In this document: piece by piece, positions 15,067 through 28,619 of the stretch
How positions within the stretch are numbered: position 1 is the first letter of the stretch
Layout of the letters: the number at the start of each line of letters is the position of its first letter
Assembly (NCBI RefSeq): GCF_006345805.1
Contig: NC_043009.1
Span: forward strand, 45,322,001-45,386,000
Length of the DNA: 64,000 bases
Source: Octopus sinensis
Taxonomy: Eukaryota
Reading direction: 5' to 3'
Notes under the pieces: model-generated
What the model was told of the DNA's origin: nothing
Database searches by the model: none
Seen by the model: only the letters and a program-made list of their open reading frames with translations
Program-made: the position numbers and the translations under genes

Positions 15067-15105
15067 GTCTGTCTGTCTGTGTCTGTCTGTCTGTCTATCT
15101 ATCTA

Positions 15106-15139
<34 letters not shown>

Positions 15140-15150
15140 ATCTATCTATC
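14990..15150. repeat. (TCTA)n/(TCTG)n microsatellite
   Basis: Direct reading. Confidence 0.95.
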
Positions 15151-15274
15151 TATCTATATGTATATATATACATATTTATAAATAAGGATAATATCGATAT
15201 TATCAAGTGGCCAGCATGAGAAAAAATACCATACAAAGGTAATAATTTTTTACAACTAAAAATATTATTTTTAG

Positions 15275-15355
<81 letters not shown>

Positions 15356-15457
15356 TAGAAAGAAAGAATGAACACGCAAAACTTGTGGTATCGTTTTGAA
15401 GGATGGAATTTATAATTTAAACATAATTGTAGAGCTCTTAAATTCGATGCTCTAGAG

Positions 15458-16686
15458 CAGAGGTTCGTAACGTGGGAGGTGCTGTCGAATTGTGCATTAT
15501 TGTGCGGTGGCCATGTCGAATTGGGTATTATTGGGCGGTTGTCATGTCGAATTGGGCATTATTGGGCGGTGAGGTAACATAATTAACATACTAAATTTAA
15601 CTATACTAGTAACTATATCATAAATGATAAAACTAATCATGGTTATTAAATTAAAATTTGACGCAAGTATATATCGTGGCTGAAGACATGTTTGAATAAG
15701 AATGATTAATTTTTAAGTCTATATATCTGTCTTGAATAGTATTTTTAGATGCGTAGACTTTCTTGTTTCTTCCTATATTGTGATATCCATTGTGTTTATA
15801 GATAAAACTACATGCAATTGTTGTGTACGTTATCTTTTAAAAATTTAGAACGAGTGGAAAAGGATAGTGCCGTCAATACTCGAGTGAATATTTGGAATAT
15901 GGATTCATTTCATCCATAAATAATGAGCAATTGTCACTATGTGCAGAAATGTATTAATGAGGACTTTAAGAATGATTGAACATTTACAAAAAATGTATCC
16001 ACATGAAGCTGGAGAAGATGAGGACTACTTTCGCCAGAGGAAAAACGATTTTAAAAATTACCTTACTCTCAAACGGTTGTTTACCAAACAAGCTAGGTAA
16101 ATAGAGAAGGGGTTAATTATGTCTTGTAAACTTACAAAATTAATTGCGAAATGTGGAAACCACATAGTCTTTCCGAAACTCTTTCCTTACCGGCTATAAA
16201 TGAAAATTTGGATACTAACATTTGGCCAAATGTTATAACAACGTCAATTCCTCTCAGTAATAATACAGTAGCAGCAAGATTAGATGATTGGACGAAAGAT
16301 GTGGAAAGTAAACTATGCGATGATTTAAGAAACGAAGAAACATTTCCACAATTTGAGTCAACTTTACGCAACAATGAATCTTTGCAATAAGTTAAAGAGG
16401 AAATCATGGCTTTCTTTGACTAACATTGAACCTGATATAGAAAATTTAGCTAGATCTCATCAGGCAGAGGGAAGTCTTTAATTTGCTATGTATACAGTAA
16501 ATTTACTTTTGTATAAATTTTATATCATATCACTGTTTAAAGCCTATGCAATCCATGTTTTGAGTAAAATTTATACACTTTCATCTAAGTTAAATTTAGT
16601 CATGATATCTCACTTGCCACCTAGTTGGGTGCTAGTCATAACAAGTACTTAAAAAGGGGCGCTATAAAACAGGTTACGAACCACTC
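15458..16686 (+). mobile_element. hAT DNA transposon, Charlie/Buster (ZBED5-like) group, internally deleted
   Basis: TIRs cagaggttcgtaac and gttacgaaccactc; 8-bp TSD CTCTAGAG at 15450-15457 and 16687-16694; three ~30-bp subterminal repeats tgtcgaattgggcattattgggcggt; transposase remnant inside. Confidence 0.9.
15865..16400 (+). pseudogene. hAT transposase remnant
   Basis: RQYSSEYLEYGFI at ~15871, and KPHSLSETLSLPA...IPLSNNTVAARLDDWTKDVESKLCDDLRN...STLRNNESL (ORF 16151-16390); stops and frameshifts present. Confidence 0.85.
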
Positions 16687-17974
16687 CTCTAGAGTGATAC
16701 TATATGTTTTACCTGTACATTCTTCATTCCTAATAGATATCTATCTGCCCAATGATGAACTGTTTATAACCATTCATTGCTAGGCCTCTACAACACCACC
16801 TTTGTTGTAGTCGCAGTTCAAGTCAGAGTTTGAGTGGTAAGCCAGCCTGGGACATATTGTATATGTCTAATGCATTACGCGATTATATATATATATATAT
16901 ATAGGGGGACCGTAAAGTATGGTTGCATAATGTCTTTAGACTAACTCTCTTTGCAGAAGAAAATCAAGGATATTAGAGACATTTTCTATGTATCTAGACT
17001 TTATTATCACTCTGTGTATATATACTACAAATCTAATACCGGTGTCCAGGTAATCGATTACACTTCTCTAGAAAACAACATTTGGCTCTATATATTTGTG
17101 CAAAAGAAAATTTATTTTTAATGTTCCTGGGTGATAAAATAAATCTCATTCAAGTACCGGGGGGAAATTTAAAGAAATAAATTTCCCTTAACCAAAAACA
17201 CTTATGTCCCTGTATCTGTGTTAGAAATCATTATTGTTAGAACTGTCAAGTCTATAAAAATGGCGCTTAGAACTGTCTGGCATTACATCCTTAGTTTCCG
17301 AAAAAGCCAAAATGCATAATATATTTCAACAAATTGATTAAAATGGAATATAAAATTGAAATAAAGAAAAAGAAATCAACCACACACAATATGTTGGTTT
17401 TCCGTTTTATATCTTGCATTTACCGGTAGGTGTCGCCTTAGAAGATTAAATTTATCCTAGGTTATTAGATACCAAAGCAATTTAAGAAGCAAGTTGCTTT
17501 TGTTCATTCGATAAGAATATCGGTCTGTTGCAGGCATTGGAACTGACAGTGTGAGATATTGACAGTGATTTCTAGTATCCCGTTAAATTGTTGAGGATAA
17601 TTTTAAGAACACATCTTCGTTTAGTGTATTTAAATAGTCCAATGAAGGGTATGGAAGTAGTTTGTAATTATTACCAGGTTCTACTCAAGGAGGAATTTGA
17701 TCTTAGCCATTTAAGCTAACCAGATGCAATCTAATCACAAATAACTTTATAGCTGATCCTTATCATTAATCCTTATAGTTGATTATGTATATTTTCCCAT
17801 CTCATAACACTTTATTAAAGTTGTGTTTACCAGGTTGCTGAAGTAATTTAATCTCAAGTCAGCCTTGAACAATCGAATCTTAGTTTGAAAGCATTTCAAA
17901 TATATATTTCTAGGAATAAGCCAACTAATAAAATTTCCCTCGTTTAATGTTAAAATAATATTTCTACAGCCGCA

Positions 17975-18110
17975 GGCGTGACTGTATGGTGCAAAGTTTG
18001 CCTTCCAACAACATGGTTCCTGGTTCAGTCCCACTTCATTGTACCTTGGATAAGTGTCAAAACTTTGTCAGTGAATTTGGTTGACGGGAAAAGAAACATG
18101 ACCCGTTGTA
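17975..18110 (+). mobile_element. SINE family B, 5' fragment
   Basis: caacatggttcctggttcagtcccac...accttggataagtgtc, similar to the head of the copy at 19822. Confidence 0.6.
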
Positions 18111-18112
18111 TG

Positions 18113-18176
<64 letters not shown>

Positions 18177-18489
18177 CATATAACTACTTATCTTGGGGTA
18201 TATGTCTATTAGCATGTCGATTAAAGCGCATTCACCGGTATAACCCCAAACGTATGCTACACATTCACCGATACAACCCCAAAGTTATCCTACGCTGTGT
18301 TAGTGTACTAATGTACAACTAGCCAGAGTAACATATCCCACTAGATATATTGTCCTACACCAAGCACCTGTAGTGACATGGTCTGCACTGATTGGACAGA
18401 TACGCTATTGGACAAATGCAGGATGGGTAGAAACGATCATCGGACTGAATAAAGATTCGTACTAAATCCATCTTCCGCTTCCTTCATCA

Positions 18490-19808
18490 ACTCTTTACAA
18501 TTTCAAAAATCTATTACAAATGCAATTGATGGGATATATTTATCAGATTTGTTCTATGTACCCAGTGGTTATTAAAGCTTTTAACCACATTGCATTTGTG
18601 TTTTTCAGGTATCCTGATGATGGAAACGGTTTTGTTAAATGAAGCTCTAAAAATTGGCTACTCGTCAATGTGTATCGTGATTTATTGAAACAAAATCAGA
18701 CATGCAGACCCAGTGATACTACAGGATTAAGTATGGAATACATCAAATGTAATGTCCGTCAAATCGTGATTGGCACAATAAATTTATAGAAAGAGGAACA
18801 TTGTTGGATAAAGATAGGAGAGGACGACCAAAATTATCTGAGGAAAACATCGATCGTATAAGACAAGCCTTTGCTAGTTCTCCTTCAAAGTCTATACGTA
18901 CTGCTGCCAGACAGTTAAAGCTACCACGTTCAATAGTGCACAAAGTCCTCTTACAAAGTGCAACTCTTCGTGGCACTCGAACCAAATGATAAACGAAAAG
19001 AGTTTGCAGTTAATATGCTGGAACAAAATTCTGAGGATCCAGCGTTCTTCGCTCTAGTTTCTTTTAGTGATGAGGAAGCCTTGCATGTTTCAGGGCAACT
19101 GAACACACATAGTGTGAGAATCTTGGGATCAGACCACCTCCATGTAACTAGGGAACTTAAGTGAGAAAGTCCAAAGGTGAATATCTGGTGTGGAATGATG
19201 TCCATTTTTCTTTACAGAGAGATCAATTTCTGCCAATGTTTACCTTGACCTTTTGACTGAATATGTGACACCACAACTAGATGACCTTCCACCAACCATC
19301 ATTTTCCAGCAGGAAGGTAAAACACCACATTGAGAACAGCATGTTCATGGGTTCCTAAATCAAACATTTCCAGACCGGTGGATTGGAAAGGATGCCTCAA
19401 TTCCCTGGCCACCGCGTTCTCCGGGTATCACTCCTCTGGATATTCTTTTATGGGGTTATGTTAAAGACATTGAGTATCGAACAGAGATACAGAACATCAA
19501 ATGGCGGTGCCCCAGCATGGCCACAGCTCATAAGCTGAAACTAGAATCAATCAATCAATGGCTTGAAGCAAAGGATCTCTGAATTCCATAGCGACCATTG
19601 ATAAGATTATGCTACAGGGAACATGGCAAGAAATTGATTACCGTCTTGATGTACTTCGTGCAACTAATGTTGCCCATATGGAGATGTTTTAAATGAAGCA
19701 AAAAAACTTCAATATCTAATCCCCATCTAATAATTTTCACAGATTTATCTATGTACTAGCTTTTGTAATAACTTTTTGAAATTGTAAAAAGATTTTATGG
19801 GGACCCTG
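18490..19808 (+). mobile_element. Tc1/mariner-superfamily element (rosa/maT-like transposase type), decayed
   Basis: Right TIR ...attttatggggaccctg followed by TA; partial left TIR tctttacaatttcaaaaa at ~18490; small SINE fragment inserted at ~19500-19560. Confidence 0.85.
18650..19695 (+). pseudogene. Tc1/mariner transposase pseudogene
   Basis: GRPKLSEENIDRIRQAFASSPSKSIRTAARQL (HTH), FSDEEALHVSG, IFQQEG, WIG...WPPRSPGITPLDILLWGYVKD, interrupted by stops and frameshifts. Confidence 0.88.
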
Positions 19809-19821
19809 TATATATATATAT

Positions 19822-20171
19822 ATAGGCGCAGGAGTGGCTGTGTGGTAAGTAGTTTACTTACCAACCACATGGTTCTGGGTTCCGTCCCAGTGTGGCACCT
19901 TGGCAACTTAGTTTAAATGTTTATCTGTCTCCTATTTCACTCTGATGGACCCCATAGTCTTTCGATATTTAAAACTAGTTTTATAGAAATTTCTTTTAAA
20001 ATTCCTATTTTGTTTTTCCCGTAATATTAGAGAAAGAAACCTAGCTGTATCTTGCTATACATATCACTACACAGATTTAAAGCAAATGTCTTCTACTATA
20101 GCCTCGGGCCAACCAAAACCTTGTGAGTGGATTTGGTTGGCAGAAGCTGAAAGAAGCCCGTCGTACGTATA

Positions 20172-20253
<82 letters not shown>

Positions 20254-20520
20254 TTGTGTGTGTATGTGTGTGTGTGTGCGCGCGTGTGTGTGTGTGTGTG
20301 TGTCTGTGTTTGTGTGTCTGTGTTTGTCCCTCCCGCATACCATCACTTGACAACCGATGTTGTTGTGTTTACATCCCCATAACTCAGCGGTTCGGCAAAA
20401 CAGACCGATAGAAAAAATACCAGGCTTTCAAAGAATAAGTCCTGGGGTCGATTTGATCGACTAAAGGCGATGCTCCAGCATGGCCGCAGTCAAATGACTG
20501 AAACAAATAAAAGAAAAGAA
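19822..20520 (+). mobile_element. tRNA-derived SINE, family B (bipartite, internal microsatellite), interrupted by a foreign 180-bp insert
   Basis: Head ggcgcaggagtggctgtgtggtaagtag; body tgtcttctactatagcctcgggcc; tail ggcgatgctccagcatggccgcagtcaaatgactgaaac. Confidence 0.85.
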
Positions 20521-21131
20521 CGAGAGAATACATACATATATATGTATTTATGCATATATGTATATATATATGTGTGTGTGTGTGCGAGCGTGTGTGTATG
20601 TGTGTGTGTCCCAACACCGCTTGAAACCAGTGTTAGTGTGTTTACGTCCCTATAGTTTAGCCAGTTCGAATAAGTACCAGGATTTACAAAAAAAAAAAAA
20701 AAAAATGGATGAATACTGGGATTGATAAGTCCGATTAAAATTCTTCAAGACGTTGCCCCAGCATGGTCACGATCTAATGTCTGAAACAAGTAAATGATTT
20801 CAGAAATATTGAATTGATGAAGCGTCATGTAGATTAATAACGTCCTTTTGCCTTGGAGCGGAAAATTGTGTATGTCTTGCAGTCATTTTAAACGGTGTCA
20901 ATGTCTGCTCACGACTACATAGGCAGCTAAAATAATCACGCTACATGTTGTCTAGCTACAATTCGCTCGTTAGTAACTGAGAGCTGTATGTATTGAACAA
21001 TTTATATCTATTATTTATATCGGTAATTAATACTAATATACGAAATTCTAAAGTGCTTATAGATTTTTAGCCACAAAGAATATATGACGCCCCGAAAGCC
21101 TATATTACACTCACACACACACACACACACA

Positions 21132-21172
<41 letters not shown>

Positions 21173-23645
21173 ACACACACACACATCTTCTTTTCCATAT
21201 ATGTTACCAGCTAATGGACTGATACTAGATGTTTAACGCCATAAATCGAGATTCATGAGGCACAAAATCTAAATCGTGATGTTTTGTTGTTCTGCTTCGT
21301 GCTTAGATTTATATATATTAATATCTATATTTTAAGAATCAACGCATCTCTGTTTTTGATACTATTGATTGAGTTTTCGTGTTTATATTTTAATGCAACG
21401 CCAAAGGTTTAATAACCGCTCTGCATCGTTATTTCAAGAGCTATACAGCAGAGTGCATTTTCATTAATTTCGATATCAAGACTGCTAGATTGTAATTTAT
21501 TTTATTGCAGCGGCGATGTAGCAATCTCGGCCTTTAGCTGATGGCTTTCCGTTATATAGTTAGAATGCGTTTACTTAATTACTGCAGCACTAAATGGATA
21601 AATATAATTTAGAATGGAATTCAACTTACAAATATATAAACACCTGTGATGTCACGCACACATACACACACGTACGCACACAGACATACATACAGACACA
21701 CAGACACGCACGCAAACGCATACACTAATACATTAATATGTGTGACGATACACTAACATATGCACAGAAATGATACACGCGTATGCAAATACATTAACAT
21801 GTGTGATCAAACATGCGAACAAACGCACACACACAACAACAAACATTCACTCATCTGGGCGCGAAATGTCACACTACACTGAAGTGTAAGTGCACACATG
21901 ATCATAGCAAACATTGTGCCAGAATGTGCTACTAAACTCACAATGTTTTCACATCAATTCGTTATGAGCCAGCGGGTCATGTATCCCTTTTGTGTTATAG
22001 TGGAGAGCAGCAGTTGAATAATTATCATTTATATGGCGTACTTACAGCATCCTGCTAAATGTCATAGGATGTATAGTCAAGAGAAGGTTTATAAACTAAT
22101 TAAAAAGAAAATGAGGGCAAAAAGCACTCGTTTTTTCACAATGAAAGATCGTTTCCTAGTAGCCGGAATTTCGCGACAAAATGTATGTTTATTAAGCACA
22201 ACAGCCTGTAGTGCATGCCGCTGGGCATTAAAAGCCAATCGCACAAACCAAACTCTTTTTTTGCCATAACAACCACATCTTTATAGCTTGCGAATTTTAC
22301 CCATCACGGGTCTCATCCTCACCACGCATTTAGTGTCCTTGCTAATTTCCCGCTCGATCCTAGCCTTGGTTTGGCTGCCATTAACCATCAAAACAAAATG
22401 TGCATACAATTTTCGTCCAATGACTGTTCTATAGATATAGATGAAATCAACATCAATTATACAGTGTTTCGTTTCTAATGTTTACAACTGTAAGCTTTCA
22501 CTCCTGACTATGCTAGACCTAATCCGTTACCCTGTTTAACTCTACTACGTTGTTCTATGAGTGACTATAGAAAGGTTCGTTCTGTTATATTCTGGCCAAC
22601 ATTCTTGGATAGTGAATTGTTTCCTCCTAGAAGTCACGGGGGCCTGCAGGAAGTCCATAGACCCATGAATAAACCACAAAACTCAATAGCTCATCCAATA
22701 GAGTAATTTGATTAAGTTTCTTAATCAAGGACACCACAGTGAAGTATTGACATCGGGATATGATACGTCGACCCTTTGCTCGATAAATAAGCCATATCGC
22801 TTACCGACTCAGTTCCTGTTGTTTTTGTGACAAATTTCCAATTTCCCCTTGCACTTTCTGTCGTATGTTGTCGTAGACACAATGAATAACCGTGATATGT
22901 TTTTGTGATAAGATTGTATTAAACGAAAGGAGACTGCGTAACCCACCAATTGATTAATAATGATATTAATTCATTAAGTTAAACTAATGACTTTTAATTA
23001 GCTACAGAAGCCTTTGGCCAATATATTCGAGTTTCTTACTCATTGTTAATGTCTGCAGCAGATAACGATTCATGCCTCCAAGGTAAAAATTTCACTAGTT
23101 CAATAATCTCTTCATCCGGCCAATATTGCCTTCCATTCGAAAACAATAATGAGAAAAATAAAATACTTTTCTTTTAATTAACAACTTGTATTTATGTAAT
23201 AAACGCCACCTTAGAAATTGTATAGCTGTGTGTGTGTGTGTGTTTCTCTGTGTACGTTCATCAATGCTATATCGATTGTTTTTACTGATTGTGGAAGTAC
23301 GGTCTGTATATTTAGTCTGCTGCTGTTGTAAGTGTAAGTTCTAAGACGGGGCAGCAATGGAATATCATCTGGCAGAGTGATAGCGAATTGAGATTAATTT
23401 ACAGTTTCACGCAAGTGTTTACGTCCATCCATCTGTTGAATGAATCTGGGAATATTGATTTGCTCTTTGCATAAACTCAAGTCTTCAGATTTATACTGAA
23501 GTGTATGTGTATGCGTGCATGTGTGTGTGTGTGCGTGCGTGTGAGTGTTTGTGTGTGAGCGATAGAGAGAGAGAGCAAGTATATGTGTATGTTTGTGAGA
23601 GAGAGAGAAAATGTATGTATGCGTGTGTGTGAGACAGAGTGCGTA

Positions 23646-23682
<37 letters not shown>

Positions 23683-24039
23683 GCGTATGAGTATGTGTGA
23701 ATTATGATATAAAAGTTATGGATTCCCAGCATCCCAATAAGTAGAGAGGATTTTCCACTTGGTACAACGACACAATATACACCCATTCGAATTCAGTACT
23801 CTTCACGCGTTTATGTTGTTCTGTATAAGAACACTTTTAACACACGTCTGCCCAAGTAGGGCTGACACGAAGTCAAGTAACAATTGGTATAGTTCGTCAT
23901 AAAGCAACAACAGGCTCTTTATATGATGAAATGATGTGCTAAACATAGCAGATATTTTTCTTTCATATATTAAACAAGAGGGAAATATACTTGGTGATGG
24001 GGCGTCCTGTAGAACGAACGAATCAGCCTTGTAGAAGGT

Positions 24040-24240
24040 AGGAGCATAAATAAAGTCGGTGAAGATGGTTAGAGAGCGAAAACTGCAATATATTGACCAT
24101 GTTGAGGGTTCGGAGCATGTATCAACAGGTCGGGGTTGGATGGTTGGAAAATGGGCTTGCAGGCAAAAGAAGACAAAGATGGAGAAATTAGATCAGGAAC
24201 TGGACGAAGAAGACTCTTGTAGGTGTAGAACGAAACTGTA
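24040..24240 (+). pseudogene. RTE-like LINE C-terminal fragment
   Basis: RKLQYIDHV...GKWACRQKKTK resembles the RTE ORF tail pattern (RKLxYFGHV...GKRARGRQ). Confidence 0.45.
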
Positions 24241-25032
24241 GTGTGTGGGCATTGTATCCGAGGTCGCCAAATCTCAGCTATTAGGAGGAACTTACTCCCT
24301 CACTGATTCACATTGGATCAGATAGTAGTCGAGATAATATAAAAAGACCGGGTAACCTCAACTTGAACCCTTCTGATCGTAAGACTACTTAATCAGGGCT
24401 GACGTTGGGTTAAGCAATAATAACTGGTTAATATTTTTATGTGTGCTGTGAATTTTAATCCAATTTATCATGAGACAATTACAATTTATTACGTAGAACA
24501 AATATTATATTTATCAGCTAAGCACCAACGATAAAGATACGCAAATAATTAAAGATTGAGGTTTTATATTGATTGTTATATTATTCTTATAACGCCATCG
24601 ATAACTCACGGATTGTTTATTTTACAGAAAATAGTGTATATAAACAATATATTTTCATATGTTTCTTTTCTCTCTTCCTCTGATGAAGTTCACGCATTCG
24701 TACATTTTCTATGAATGCCTGACTAATAGAAACACGATAGTTTCCGGAGAAGATATAGAATATATATCTACTTTAATATATTCATATCCTTGAAGTACTC
24801 GTCAAATTCTGGGATCGGTGCAATCGACTAGCCGCCGTTCTTGAAATTTGCTGGCCTTGTAGCTTAATTAAAGCAATAAATATATTATTGCTTTAAATCG
24901 AATATTTGACATTTATTGAGCGCTTTGTGAATTGCTTTGCTCAAAAGGGATATCTTTGTCATATTTTAAAAGTTATTTATTCCTATAATTACTGTAGCAG
25001 CTTATTTCTGTAATTTATATTTAAAATTGATC

Positions 25033-25217
25033 AAAAATTTTGGCACGAGGGATTACATCGACATCAGTGCTCAACTGGTACTTATTTTATCGATTTCGAA
25101 AGAGATGAACATCAAAATCGGCCTCGGCAGAATTTGAACTCAGAACGTAAAGAGAGACAAAATGCCGCTAAGCATGTTTTCCAGCATGCTTGCGGTTCTG
25201 CCAGCTCGCCACCGTAG
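25033..25217 (-). mobile_element. SINE family A
   Basis: Reverse-complement match to the family A core (cctcggcagaatttgaactcagaacgtaa...gccagctcgcc). Confidence 0.85.
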
Positions 25218-26092
25218 TAAAATCTAATATGAATAACACTATGTATTCGTCGTATATTTTTGTGTTTTTCCGATCATGTATGTTTTTATTGAATAAATGT
25301 TTGTAAATCGGCCTATTATTGACTCAGTTATCAATTATCCAATTGATCAGCATTGTTAGTAGTATTGCCAAAACAATAATGGAGAAACTTGCCATGGGAA
25401 GCCTCCATAGCACTTAGAATTAGGTCAGTCTATGGGCAGATATCCAAGCAAGTTCTTTGGCGTACAAGACAATTGTTTTCTTGTGTAGGATCTCTTCTGA
25501 TTGGTCATTAGAATCAATAGTTCAAATACTCTGCAGTACAAATAACGTTTATCTTTGGCTGAAATTATTCGGTTTGTTTGTTCCAGGAGTCGATAAAGAA
25601 GAAACAAAAAATGAATAAATAAATAGGAACAAAAATTACAAACCAAAACAAAGCAAAACCATTGCAAAAACTAAAGTAGTTTGTCTCTCACTAGCAATCT
25701 CTGGAGCGTTAATTCGACACACGCCAAGTAATGAGGATCTTGGATGAATTTACTTATACATTTATCGTTCTCTCTCTGTATGTCTATCTGACTTTTATTT
25801 ACTGTATGCATACTATACATGCGCGTACACACACACTCCTTTCCTCTTTACCTCTTTATATATTTCTGATTCTTTTTGTTTACCAATATCTCTGTTTCTG
25901 AGTACCTGTCTAGCATATCTCTGTGTATGTGTATGTATATATATATATATATATATATATCATCAATCATAATAAAGGGTAAAATCATTTAATCAATTAA
26001 TACTTAATAATTTTACCAAGTGATTCGGTATGTTAAAAGAACCTTATACAAACATTCTATAATTATAAGCATAATTATAATTAGGGTTCAGC

Positions 26093-26470
26093 AAAATTGC
26101 TTCACCACATACCGAAATTTAGAAATAGTAGTGAAATACTATTCCACTACCATAAGATATCTCCCACACAGCAATACTCCCAACTCACGCAGATAAAGAG
26201 AAAAAATAACGAATTCACCCGGCTTTGATCAAATTTATACGCGTTTCTGGATTAAAGAGATGTAAAATTTTAATTTTACTCACTTATTTCCGTCTTCAGT
26301 ATAGTATTTCAGTTACAAAATTGAGAGTACTAATAATTAAACTATGTATTCGACCAAGCGACATCGAATAGCTTATATCCAAAAACCATTACTTTCGAAT
26401 GCATACAGACGAGTGGCGAGTTCTTATTTGACTGCTATTTCTAAATTTCGGTATGTGATGAAGCAATTTT
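26093..26470 (-). mobile_element. Hammerhead-bearing short element bounded by 36-bp inverted repeats (Penelope-like pLTR derivative?)
   Basis: IRs at 26093-26128 and 26435-26470 (1 mismatch); hammerhead motif at 26234-26303 on the minus strand. Confidence 0.65.
26234..26303 (-). ncRNA. Type I hammerhead ribozyme motif with extended stem II
   Basis: UAUA-CUGAAGA-CGGA...GUAAAAUU/AAUUUUAC...UCCA-GAAAC-GC-GUA-UAAA; core intact, palindromic stem III ACGCGU; C.A mismatch at the base of stem II and one mismatch in stem I. Confidence 0.6.
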
Positions 26471-26539
26471 CGTCTACCAATAGTTATTATGGTGCATCTG
26501 TTCTATACTCTGAATAGCTAAGTTTTTGTGTGTGTTGAT

Positions 26540-27950
26540 TTTTAAAAACAAGTCAGTTTAATTCCAATTTGTACCAAGCCACACCAAATTGTTTCTTTCC
26601 ATACTTTTAGCAGTTTATAAAACCAAATTTGGACAATTCGATTTTTTATTATCTTCTGTTTTAACCACTATTCAGGTCCTCCTTTGTTACTTTCAACTTG
26701 TTCGTTTAAATTACCGACTGATAATTTTTCAAATGCAGTTTAAAGGGTTAATAGAAGATTTTGCTCTTGTAATTCATTTATTTATCTCTTTGCTTTCATT
26801 GCATTGACTGATAATAAAACTTTGAAAACTCATTCAGAATTTCTGACAGTTTGATGAACAGTTATTGTCGGATTAAGTTAATCATATGTTCTTGAGATAT
26901 TCGTTGATTTACTTCCGTGAAAACTAATGAATAAGCTATATTCTTCACTCATTTCTTTCACTTTATCAAATTCATTAGTTCTCCTTAGCTGCCAGTAATA
27001 ACTACAGCATCATCGACGTATTTAAAATTGGTGGCCATTCGTCATCCAATTTCTACTTTTCCTTGAAAGTCATCCTGGCTTTTCTCATTACACTTCCTGT
27101 AGAAATTTAAGGAGGAACTACACAATCTCGTCGCAAGTCTTACTCAATGTTAAACAACTCTGTGAAGCCCACATTAGTTTTGACAGTTACCATTTGTTGA
27201 GAATAAACTGGTTTTAATAATTCTATAAAAACGTTGAAGAAATCCCATTTCTGCCATCACACACCATAATTTATCTCGATTAACTTTGCCAAAAGCTTTT
27301 TAATAGTCAATAAAAGCAATAAATTACTTTTCATTTTGCTCTCAGGTTTTCTGACTAGGTTAAGAATAAAATCCTTGTTCCTCTTCTAGTTCTGAAACCA
27401 GTTTCTTCCTCTGGTTATTTTCATTTCATATTTGACTTTAATCCTATCAGATATGATCTTAAGTAGGCTTTTATACGCTGCTTCTTTTTTTTTTTACGAT
27501 ATTTTATATCTCCTTTTTTATTTGTTAGGCAATGGGATCAAAATCGGTTTTGTCACATCATTCGGCCATAAATCTGAGTTCCCTATTTTTGTGCACAGAC
27601 AGGGTAACAATTTCAACATGGAATTCTTAATCGTAATTCAGAAGTTCCACTGCTATGCTGTTCTGCCATACATTTTGTCGATTCTTCCTTTTTGCTAAAC
27701 ATAGCGAGGCTTTACTTTTGCAACTTTGAATTTGATCATTTTCGCTTCTTTATGTAATGAACGTATGTTATCCTTTTGTGAAAGCTATATCAGTATTCTT
27801 TCCATCTTTATATCGTCCTCTTAATCAAGAGTGTTATCATTTTTGCCTTTGATAGTACCATGTTTTGTGAAAATATTGTTATTAGCTTCGGCAGTGTCTA
27901 AAAGTGAATCTTTTTTATTGAATATTTTTGAATGCCCCACATTAGTTCTG
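26540..27950 (-). pseudogene. RTE-clade-like LINE reverse transcriptase fossil
   Basis: Minus-strand remnants FIAFIDY*KAFGKVNRDKLWCVMAEMGF (~27260-27330) and ATNFKYVDDAVVI (YxDD at 27009-27020). Confidence 0.8.
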
Positions 27951-28432
27951 AATGTTATATATACATATACACACTTACACGCATATAAATTCTTGGGACA
28001 GTGGCATCGAAGTTTCGCTGAGTTCCTAGTTTATGTAGGGATCTACAGCAGGTTTCAAATATTTTATTCAATAACGAGGAGGATAGAGAAATGACCTGAT
28101 TAGTGTATTAGATTAGAATTAAAGAAGATTATGGCAATGTTGATTGACTTTGACCATTTAAATACTGGATGGAAATTTGTATGATAAGGAGTTCTAGAGT
28201 TGGTACAGGGGAATTGATTGTTAGGAGGGTGGTAGAGATTAGCGGAGTACATCCATAGTCTAGCAGATAGAAAAGCTGGATATAGTTTGAAATAGTTGGT
28301 GGGACGGGGCGTATCTATAAGCTGTGTAGTAAAGAGGGTTGGAGATCCTATTAGAGGGAATAGTCACTTAATATGACTTAAGGATTTACTGCAGACAAGG
28401 GAACCGTCAGAAATTCCGCCACAATTAAAATT

Positions 28433-28441
28433 CTACTACTA

Positions 28442-28512
<71 letters not shown>

Positions 28513-28522
28513 GCTGCTGCTG

Positions 28523-28573
<51 letters not shown>

Positions 28574-28575
28574 TT
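28433..28575. repeat. (CTA)n/(CTG)n compound microsatellite
   Basis: Direct reading. Confidence 0.97.
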
Positions 28576-28619
28576 ATCAGAAAATATGGCATACATATAA
28601 TAATTCCAAAGTGGTATCA

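Noticed and set aside
18614-18630. CUGAUGA-UG-GAAAC and similar chance hits (5133, 16457, 23481, 33923, 34192, 39915, 41411, 59655)
   Set aside because: They have no stem II, no GAAA at the right place or no stem I, and several lie in transposon coding sequence.
23040-23160. Minus-strand peptide RQYWPDEEIIELVKFLPW, vaguely Myb/SANT-like
   Set aside because: It is too short, the splice acceptor is weak and there is no supporting context.
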